A DNA stretch of 45,172 nt from positions 1 through 45,172 of the IMG/VR virus record IMGVR_UViG_3300009285_000020. One strand, written 5' to 3'. How positions within the stretch are numbered: the first letter of the stretch is position 1; each line of letters starts with the position of its first letter. Under the pieces are notes generated by a model. That model was not told the origin of the DNA. It was given only the letters and a program-made list of their open reading frames with translations, and ran no database searches. This DNA comes from a virus. Position numbers and translations under genes: made by a program. Positions 27,220 through 33,166 of the stretch are shown here, one piece after another.

Positions 27220-27955
27220 AAACCCCCCGCGCCTTTTCCTTGATTGCGATCCACTCCCGGTTTGCGCTCGCATTGGCAATCGCTACCGCGTGTCCTCCCT
27301 TCTCACCAGGAGGACCTTGGCAGACGATATTGGCTTGGCCCCAAACTGCCTTCACCCTCGCGTAAAGCGAAAGCTCCTCGCACTTGGCCCGCTTCGCGCC
27401 GCCGCCCTGAAACGAATCGCGGTCGGAGTTTACTGCAATGAACATGGCTCCGTTCGGGAACACCAACTTGTCTAACCCCTGCTTGGCCGTGTTGCCTTCG
27501 GTAATAGCGTTAGGCAATCCCCAAGCGGGAAACCGCTTCTGGATGTCGTCGTAGATGAACCAGGACCGCCATACGAAGTCCTTTGCGCCACCCTTGCCCT
27601 CGTACTCCCTGCCACCGTCCAAAATGTCTCCGGGCTCAATCCCTACGTCCCATACGTCTAGAGCGCACATGATCCAAGAGATGATGAGACGCCGAGACTT
27701 GAACACGATGAATGGCTCACCGCCCGACTTTGCCATCCACCAGTTCCAAACGAGGAACCTTACGTACTCCTTTTTGGGAATCGGAACGGCTTGCCCAGTC
27801 GTTTCAAGCCTCGTGCGAACGACCTCGGTGAGGAACCGATACGCGGCCTGCCAAGAATCTTCCCCGTAAGGCATCGGCCAAAGTGGGCCGCGACTCTTCT
27901 CGAACATCCGGCCAATGTCGCCCTGCAAAAGCTCAAGCAATGCGGCGGGCTTCAT
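27182..27955 (-). CDS. terL: Terminase large subunit, ATPase-domain cistron (257 aa)
   Basis: Deviant Walker-A-like FIVFKSRRLIISW (lambda gpA KSARVGYS type), Walker-B-like AKCEELSLY, and motif-III-like IVCQGPPG. The ORF ends at TGA 27182..27184 where the lid/linker would begin. Confidence 0.65.
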   Translation of the reverse strand: MKPAALLELLQGDIGRMFEKSRGPLWPMPYGEDSWQAAYRFLTEVVRTRLETTGQAVPIPKKEYVRFLVWNWWMAKSGGEPFIVFKSRRLIISWIMCALDVWDVGIEPGDILDGGREYEGKGGAKDFVWRSWFIYDDIQKRFPAWGLPNAITEGNTAKQGLDKLVFPNGAMFIAVNSDRDSFQGGGAKRAKCEELSLYARVKAVWGQANIVCQGPPGEKGGHAVAIANASANREWIAIKEKARGVYGYPADSDAGSV

Positions 27956-27991
27956 GTCCGTAATCTATCTTTTCTTCCTGAGAATCGTAAA

Positions 27992-28291
27992 TCAATCTCT
28001 GACCCCCAATTGGAACGTGACGAATATCCGGCCCGGCCTGAGCACGCCTGTCATGCCTCGTAAATCACCCTCGTGCGCGTGCGTGCCTAATGTCAACCGA
28101 GCCCAACCATCTGAACCGATCCGCCCTGAGAGCCGAACCCCTGACACATCGCCTTCGACATCCCCGCCCCTGCCGACAACCATCCGGGCAGGCCAATTGC
28201 CCCAACGGCCCTCCCAGGACCCGGCATAAGGATTGACACCGCCGCCGCCGCAACCCGCGAGAACGAACACCAAAAGTAAAAGAACCCTCAT
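27992..28291 (-). CDS. Lipoprotein, 99 aa
   Basis: MRVLLLLVFVLAGC is a signal peptide with an LAGC lipobox. The ATG forms an ATGA overlap with the upstream stop. Confidence 0.7.
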   Translation of the reverse strand: MRVLLLLVFVLAGCGGGGVNPYAGSWEGRWGNWPARMVVGRGGDVEGDVSGVRLSGRIGSDGWARLTLGTHAHEGDLRGMTGVLRPGRIFVTFQLGVRD

Positions 28292-28518
28292 TCTCGCACT
28301 ACCTCTTCCCAATCGTCAGCATTTGTATTGTCGGAACCAAATCCGACAATACATATGCTGACGATTGGGCATGGCGACGTGTCGAACTTCAAAGCCCAAC
28401 CGCCTGCCGAGTCGTTGCGGAAGTCTGGCCGCCCCCAGTGGAAAATCCCGGAAACACCGTTTGGACGCCGTAAAAGAACCCCATCCGGGTATTTCAACAT
28501 GGCTTCGATAAGAGTCAT
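28288..28518 (-). CDS. DUF2829 (MW1434/Tad2-like) small protein, 76 aa
   Basis: The N-terminus MTLIEAMLKYPDGVLLRR and C-terminus TNADDWEEV match the DUF2829 end motifs (F.EAL.alk.Gk.v.R ... adDWeiv). This is the internal ATG of track ORF 28288..28698. Confidence 0.5.
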   Translation of the reverse strand: MTLIEAMLKYPDGVLLRRPNGVSGIFHWGRPDFRNDSAGGWALKFDTSPCPIVSICIVGFGSDNTNADDWEEVVRE

Positions 28519-28543
28519 CCCTGTACCGCCTCTTCCCACTTGC

Positions 28544-29113
28544 TCATTTCGGCAGTGCCCCCGTTTCCTCCCAAACCCTGATTGACTCTTGCCAAATACC
28601 TTGAGAGAAATCCCCCCGGCGCTCCAATATCCGCCGAATCGCGGCAGGAGTCCGATAACGCCTTCGCATCTCTTGATCGTCGTCCTCCGGTACCCCACCC
28701 CGAACGAAACGGTACCCGCGTGCCAAACCGTCGGACATGATGTCCCACTCCGGATGCCCGGACTCCGCGCTCGGACGAACTACCGCCAAACCCGGTAACT
28801 GAGCCACCAAGCTCCCGTTCACATTGTGCGAAGGACCGTTCACATTTTGAGGCCCACCGTTCACATTTTCGTTCACATCTGCCGAAATGTGAACGGGCTC
28901 CTCCGAAATGTGAACAGGGATGTGAACGGTCTTCCCTAAATCTGGAGCCGCACCGTGAACATCCCTGATGACATTTCCCCACGCCGTTAACGATTTCCCG
29001 CCACGGGATACCGCCATTGCCAACGCAGACTTGCTCGCGCCTACGATCTTTGATGCCTGATCGTAACTTAAATTGAACTCAACTAATAGTGACTTGAACT
29101 CATTGCCATCCAT
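28544..29113 (-). CDS. HTH DNA-binding protein, 189 aa (small-terminase or initiator/regulator candidate)
   Basis: N-terminal HTH LSYDQASKIVGASKSALAMAVSRG. The middle is encoded by the GTTCACAT repeat array (TVHIPVHISEEPVHISADVNENVNGGPQNVNGPSHNVNG). The gene lies between an HNH and terL. M70 of track ORF 28544..29320. Confidence 0.7.
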   Translation of the reverse strand: MDGNEFKSLLVEFNLSYDQASKIVGASKSALAMAVSRGGKSLTAWGNVIRDVHGAAPDLGKTVHIPVHISEEPVHISADVNENVNGGPQNVNGPSHNVNGSLVAQLPGLAVVRPSAESGHPEWDIMSDGLARGYRFVRGGVPEDDDQEMRRRYRTPAAIRRILERRGDFSQGIWQESIRVWEETGALPK

Positions 29114-29160
29114 GTGTAACACCCATGTGATACAGTATAACACATGTGACCGTTCACATT
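28815..29160. repeat. Iteron-like array of CCGTTCACAT(T) / AATGTGAACGG (at least 9 sites)
   Basis: Forward copies start at 28815, 28836, 28857 and 28870. Reverse copies start at 28886, 28907 and 28919. A variant CCGTGAACAT is at 28953. The palindrome ATGTGA-CCGT-TCACAT is at 29144..29159. Spacing of 21 nt recurs. Confidence 0.9.
29134..29160 (-). promoter_or_regulatory. Candidate extended -10 promoter (TGT-TATACT) with overlapping operator palindrome, for gene 28544..29113
   Basis: The - strand reads AATGTGAACGGTCACATGTGTTATACT. The -10 is at 29134..29139, 20 nt upstream of ATG 29113. Confidence 0.45.
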
Positions 29161-29360
29161 GGGGATTTTTTGCAAAAAGGCCCGTGTGGTGGGACCCCCC
29201 CGCGCGCACCCCCAGCCGCCCTGGGCGAAGGCACCCGGCCCCCCTCCCTCGCGCGTGCGCGCACACGCTCAATCGAACCCGTTTGAACCTGGCGACGCCG
29301 TGGATGCCCCTGCAAGCCACGTACAGGCACTTTCAGAGCGTTTGAACCTGAGCCATGTCG

Positions 29361-29813
29361 TTAGAACCCTCTTTCGTTCCTTGCCACGAGCCTGCGCTCA
29401 CACGTTGCCCCACAGTAGATACGTCCATCATCCTTAGCAACCTTGCCGCAAGCCGGGCACCGGTGGGGGCCGATGGGAGCACCACGCTCATCTGTGGGAA
29501 CGGGCTCCTCTTCCTCGGGGTTTAGTTGCACAAACTCCAGTAACGACTCCCAGTCAATACATGCAAGCGGAGCTTCTGACAACTTGCACATACTATGGAA
29601 CCCTACGTGACACGATCGACACATGACGAACAGGTCTTCGTGACTCTCACAGGTGATGCGCTCGTAACTGTTATGGTGAACCACGAGGGCGCTCCTTGCA
29701 GCGCATGTCTGGCACCGATAGCCAGCCCGTGACAGCACGGCTTCCCTCAATTCGATAAAGTGAGAAGTCCTCAAATATGCGTCGTAAAGACGAGCCTTTT
29801 GAATGTCATCCAT
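29361..29813 (-). CDS. HNH-family / Zn-finger nuclease, 150 aa
   Basis: RAGYRCQTCAARSALVVHHNSYERI...LFVMCRSCHVGFH is HNH-like, and a C-terminal CPACG...CGATC forms a Zn ribbon. Confidence 0.7.
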   Translation of the reverse strand: MDDIQKARLYDAYLRTSHFIELREAVLSRAGYRCQTCAARSALVVHHNSYERITCESHEDLFVMCRSCHVGFHSMCKLSEAPLACIDWESLLEFVQLNPEEEEPVPTDERGAPIGPHRCPACGKVAKDDGRIYCGATCERRLVARNERGF

Positions 29814-29819
29814 GTACTT

Positions 29820-29844
29820 ATTATACCACCAGGGGGAGGGTCAA
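29820..29844 (-). promoter_or_regulatory. Candidate promoter TTGACC-N13-TGG-TATAAT immediately upstream of the HNH ATG (possible leaderless mRNA)
   Basis: The - strand reads GTTTGACCCTCCCCCTGGTGGTATAATAAGTACATG. The -10 at 29820..29825 ends 6 nt before ATG 29813. Confidence 0.5.
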
Positions 29845-29891
29845 ACGTGCCCGTGCGTGTCACGTAGGGGCTGTGCGAACCTGCGAACGGG

Positions 29892-30413
29892 CTACCCAGG
29901 TTCAGGTTCGAGGGAACCTGTGGACAGGGCGTCCGCTTCCTCGTGCCATCCGCCGGTAGCCGACTCTAGCTGAGCGGCTACCTGCTGGGCCATTGCCTCT
30001 AACCTGGCAGGCAGATCGGGCAGGTCCGAGAATACAAGGCTGGCAACGTGCAGAGCTAACCGTAACGCCATAGGGTCGTCGAGCTGCACCTTGGTGATCT
30101 GCTCTACCTTGCCGTAAAGCCGCTCAAGCAATCGATCGAGGAGCGCAGGATTGTGCCGAGCCCACGCCTCGAAAGCGGACTCCGTGACTTCCTCAACACG
30201 CTCCTTGAGTTTCCGCTCCGTTGCTGCATTGAGAGCGTCAAGAGCGGTCTTAGACTCCTTTTTAGCCTGCCGCATGGCTTTGGTGAATCCGGGTCCTGGT
30301 GTAGGGATGTGGCACCCGTTCGAGTCACCTGTATGGATCCTCCCGACTCCATGCGAGGGCACCCTCATACGTTCCGGGTGTTTTGCGGGTGATTCACTTC
30401 CTAGACTTGCCAT
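29892..30413 (-). CDS. Hypothetical protein, up to 173 aa (first gene of the late block)
   Basis: Track ORF. The SD is weak and alternative internal ATGs exist. The C-terminal two-thirds is helical. Confidence 0.5.
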   Translation of the reverse strand: MASLGSESPAKHPERMRVPSHGVGRIHTGDSNGCHIPTPGPGFTKAMRQAKKESKTALDALNAATERKLKERVEEVTESAFEAWARHNPALLDRLLERLYGKVEQITKVQLDDPMALRLALHVASLVFSDLPDLPARLEAMAQQVAAQLESATGGWHEEADALSTGSLEPEPG

Positions 30414-30485
30414 GAACTCTGTTGTACCCCTTGGTTAGGCTTGTGTTTTCTGACGGTCCTGTTCGGACTTCCTAGGTTGGACGTG

Positions 30486-30501
30486 CTGGTAGATTTACCA
30501 G
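30486..30501. promoter_or_regulatory. Inverted repeat CTGGTA-N4-TACCAG in the divergent intergenic region (operator candidate)
   Basis: Read directly (gctggtagatttaccagt). It lies between the divergent genes 30413(-) and 30595(+). Confidence 0.3.
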
Positions 30502-30533
30502 TTTTGAGGGAATTCGCTTTGATCGTGTGTAGT

Positions 30534-30555
30534 TTGACGATAGTTGTGGTATAGT
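30534..30555 (+). promoter_or_regulatory. Candidate early promoter TTGACG-N10-(TGTGG)TATAGT
   Basis: tttgacgatagttgtggtatagt. The extended -10 (TGG-TATAGT) lies 40 nt upstream of ATG 30595. Confidence 0.5.
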
Positions 30556-30594
30556 ATCAATGTGAGTCTACAAAGGCTCGCAGGAGAACCGACA

Positions 30595-30900
30595 ATGACT
30601 ACAAAAGAGCGAGCACTCTGGACGGCGGCGGTCACTCAGATGGTTTACGACGCCTTTACTGCCGCCCGCGAATCCGAGAAGACGTGGCTCCGATGCGGGG
30701 CCAAAGAGAACCCAGCTTCAGAGCTTGACATGCTCTCGACTGCCATTAAGCATGTCAACAGCCACGCCTGCGAGTTTGCCGGTCTGTTCCCCGAAGACGC
30801 CGCATGGGAAGCGGAAGCGGAAGCACTCGCCGAGTGGTCCGACGCACACTCAAAAGACTTCCCACTCCTGCGAAAGCGAATCCGCACAGTTCCGGCCTAG
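30595..30900 (+). CDS. Hypothetical early protein, 101 aa
   Basis: ATG follows the conserved leader CAGGAGAACCGACA. This is M18 of track ORF 30544..30900. Confidence 0.7.
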   Translation: MTTKERALWTAAVTQMVYDAFTAARESEKTWLRCGAKENPASELDMLSTAIKHVNSHACEFAGLFPEDAAWEAEAEALAEWSDAHSKDFPLLRKRIRTVPA

Positions 30901-30908
30901 CCCCAACT

Positions 30909-30926
30909 CCCCAGGAATCCCTGGGG
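30909..30926 (+). promoter_or_regulatory. Perfect 7-bp hairpin CCCCAGG-AATC-CCTGGGG after the stop of 30595..30900
   Basis: Read directly. There is no U-tract. A second, imperfect GC hairpin follows at about 30931..30965. Confidence 0.35.
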
Positions 30927-30989
30927 AACCTCTCCCCCTGCCCCTCACGAGAGGCAGAGGGAGCGGGAGCCCGCTCAGGAGAACCGACA

Positions 30990-31193
30990 ATGAAACGCAG
31001 CACGACAATGAACTACAAAGCGCGGCCTCGATGGGCCAAGCCGCTCTCACAGCGCCTTTACACAGAGTTGTGTAAAACCCACGGCGGCAGAGCAACCCTA
31101 AAGGAGCTAAAGCACTGCCTCGTGGCCTGCGAGGATAGCCACCTTCGCTGCTGGCCCTGTTACTGGGCTGGCAGAGAACTGGGGCTCGTCTAA
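30990..31193 (+). CDS. Hypothetical Cys-rich early protein, 67 aa
   Basis: ATG follows the same CAGGAGAACCGACA leader. This is the internal start of track ORF 30804..31193. Confidence 0.6.
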   Translation: MKRSTTMNYKARPRWAKPLSQRLYTELCKTHGGRATLKELKHCLVACEDSHLRCWPCYWAGRELGLV

Positions 31194-31199
31194 CGGCGC

Positions 31200-31223
31200 T
31201 CCCCGCCGCGCTAAAGGCGGGGA
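31200..31223 (+). promoter_or_regulatory. Stem-loop TCCCCGCC-N8-GGCGGGGA abutting the RHH gene RBS
   Basis: Read directly. The 3' arm runs into GAAGGAGA. It is a sequence relative of the terminator hairpin at 33138..33159. Confidence 0.4.
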
Positions 31224-31234
31224 AGGAGACACCT

Positions 31235-31384
31235 ATGATCCAGCTAAACTTCAAAATCCCCGAATCCCTGAAGGGCGCGCTTGAGGCGGCCTGCGAGCGG
31301 ACATTCCAATCGCAGGCGGAATTTATCCGCCAGGCCATCCTCGAAAAACTCCGCCGAGAGGCGAAGGAGGCCGAACGTCGATGA
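31235..31384 (+). CDS. Ribbon-helix-helix (CopG/Arc-like) DNA-binding protein, 49 aa
   Basis: Hand translation gives MIQLNFKIPESLKGALEAACERTFQSQAEFIRQAILEKLRREAKEAERR. GGAAGGAGA RBS upstream, and an ATGA overlap with the next gene. Below the track cutoff. Confidence 0.7.
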   Translation: MIQLNFKIPESLKGALEAACERTFQSQAEFIRQAILEKLRREAKEAERR

Positions 31385-31638
31385 CGACGCCCCAACGCAC
31401 CCAGGCCCTCGGGATACTAGAGCAGGTGGCCTACGACCTCCACCTCTTCCTCCTCGAAAACAGCATCAAACCGATGATGCTGGACGAGGCAGGGCTAGTG
31501 GGCCTCAAAAACCTCATGCGCCGCGAGGAGCCGAACCTGTGGCGCGAACTGTGCGAACTCGGCAAGAACGACACAGACGACAGCGAGTTTGTATGGCGCG
31601 CCGCACTCGCTACAGACCTGATCGGCGAGATTGGGTAA
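31381..31638 (+). CDS. Hypothetical protein, 85 aa
   Basis: Track ORF, ATGA-coupled to the RHH gene. Confidence 0.65.
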   Translation: MTTPQRTQALGILEQVAYDLHLFLLENSIKPMMLDEAGLVGLKNLMRREEPNLWRELCELGKNDTDDSEFVWRAALATDLIGEIG

Positions 31639-31691
31639 CCACCACGCCGCTTGCGATAGCGGCCACTAAGCCCCGCCAGGAGATCACTGAC

Positions 31692-32423
31692 ATGACAGAC
31701 AGACAGACAATCACACGCAACCGTTACGGAGCCATCTCGCCTGAGCCGGTCAAATACCGTGCCATCGTGCTCGACGCGCAGGTTCAGGGCCTCATCGAGG
31801 CTGAGGGTTGTGAATTTGACAGCAGGCGCCGCGGGTGGGCGCTAAACTACGACATCTACGACATTGACATCCCCTCGCGGCGGATGATCGTACAGCGCCG
31901 CTATACGGTGGGCGATAAGTACGGCTTGCATCCCACCAAAACCTACCTCCTGATCTCGTGGTTTCGCGGCCGCGCCACCACCGTCGAGGTAGCTCCGGCC
32001 AAGGCGCTGATCGCAAAATTGGCTAAAGTCGCCACGCGTTTAGGCCAGGTGGTCGCCCGCGTATGCGACGGCGACACGTCGGTCAAATTGCCCAGCGCAT
32101 CTATACCTCGCCAGGCCTATAAGCAGCTAGCAGTCGTGGACGGCCAACTGCGGTCGATTTTTTCAGGTCGCCCCTACACCATTGGGGGTACCTACCGCGA
32201 ATCGGTCAGGAGCCACCACGGCGGAGGGTATTACTGGTACGCAGACAAGCACGCAGCATCGGCGGCGAGCGTGCCAAGCGCAAGCAAGCTGCTCGACGCG
32301 CCTCGCGTTGTCGTCCGGCTTCGCGTAGCAGGGGGCGTGCGCAGCTACGGCGGCGGAAAATACGCATCTTCAAGGATGACGATCATGGAGGTCATGGAGG
32401 TCTGTGACACTCCTGGCGTGTGA
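31692..32423 (+). CDS. Hypothetical protein, 243 aa
   Basis: ATG follows CCAGGAGATCACTGAC. The N-terminal 137 codons of track ORF 31281..32423 look spurious (Arg/Pro-rich and overlapping real genes). Confidence 0.7.
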   Translation: MTDRQTITRNRYGAISPEPVKYRAIVLDAQVQGLIEAEGCEFDSRRRGWALNYDIYDIDIPSRRMIVQRRYTVGDKYGLHPTKTYLLISWFRGRATTVEVAPAKALIAKLAKVATRLGQVVARVCDGDTSVKLPSASIPRQAYKQLAVVDGQLRSIFSGRPYTIGGTYRESVRSHHGGGYYWYADKHAASAASVPSASKLLDAPRVVVRLRVAGGVRSYGGGKYASSRMTIMEVMEVCDTPGV

Positions 32424-32478
32424 CCCGTGCGAGGGGAGGGAGGCCTCCCCACCCCGGCCCACCGGGGAGGAGACTGAC

Positions 32479-32712
32479 TTGACCAACGATTACACCACAG
32501 CGTGCCAGATATTGATTGCTCACGCCTCACAGCCGTCCGACCAGCAACTCGCCCACATGGCACTCACGGGCCATGTGGGCTTACGACAGCAACGGTACAA
32601 CCGATCTGCGGAGCGCATCATGGCTTACCCTACGGGAGATCTAACGCAGGAGCAGCGCGATTTAGTGGCGAGTTTTGTGCGTCCTGCCGATGGTGATTGC
32701 CCAGATAGTTAA
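32479..32712 (+). CDS. Hypothetical protein, 77 aa
   Basis: TTG 32479 lies 6 nt after GGAGGAG. This is the internal start of track ORF 32404..32712. Confidence 0.45.
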   Translation: MTNDYTTACQILIAHASQPSDQQLAHMALTGHVGLRQQRYNRSAERIMAYPTGDLTQEQRDLVASFVRPADGDCPDS

Positions 32713-32783
32713 GCAAGCCCGCTGGCGCGTTTTAGGTGCGAAGTGGGCTGCTGATAGTAGGTATCACCGAAGCCGGGGCGCCG

Positions 32784-33024
32784 TTACTCATCCCAGACGC
32801 CAATCCGCAGGAAGGCGTCTTTGCCGAACACGTCTCCAATCCCCTTGGCCGGAGCAAGCCTGCCGAAAAACTCGTTCGCCTTCGGTCATGTCCGCCCATT
32901 CTTTTGCAGGGACACTCTCCGGCTCCAGGTGGCGTATGCGCCCAAACAGGACTTCCGCGAGGGCGTCAACGCACCTATCTCTGGCGTCAGACAGCGCGAT
33001 AGATTGCAGGTTTGTCAAGCACAT
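32784..33024 (-). pseudogene. Small gene with an apparent 1-nt frame break at an A5/T5 run
   Basis: ATG 33024 gives MCLTNLQSIALSDARDRCVDALAEVLFGRIRHLEPESVPAKEWADMTEGERV. After gagtttttcgg, a shifted frame reads the protein-like FGRLAPAKGIGDVFGKDAFLRIGVWDE, ending at TAA 32784..32786. Confidence 0.4.
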
Positions 33025-33137
33025 AATTCCGTGTCAAATGCATAATTCCGGACCTACCCCCACCGTCTGAAACACCCCGCACCCATCAGCCTCGTGGTAC
33101 ACTCCGGTTGCATTCACAGAGGCTGCGGCCCCGCCTA

Positions 33138-33166
33138 AGCCCCGCGCAAAGGCGGGGCTTTTCGTT
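33138..33166 (+). terminator. Intrinsic terminator AGCCCCGC-GCAAAG-GCGGGGCT followed by TTTCGTT
   Basis: Perfect 8-bp GC stem plus a T-tract. An alternative 5' arm GCCCCGCC at 33128..33135 can pair with the same 3' arm. Confidence 0.7.

Noticed and set aside
31281-31691. The N-terminal 137 codons of track ORF 31281..32423, and similar long 5' extensions of 28544..29320, 36108..38120, 38439..39374, 33165..33749 and 6639..12167.
   Set aside because: The extensions are Arg/Pro-rich and overlap better-supported genes or promoter regions. Internal ATGs with SD sequences or ATGA coupling give compact, non-overlapping genes.
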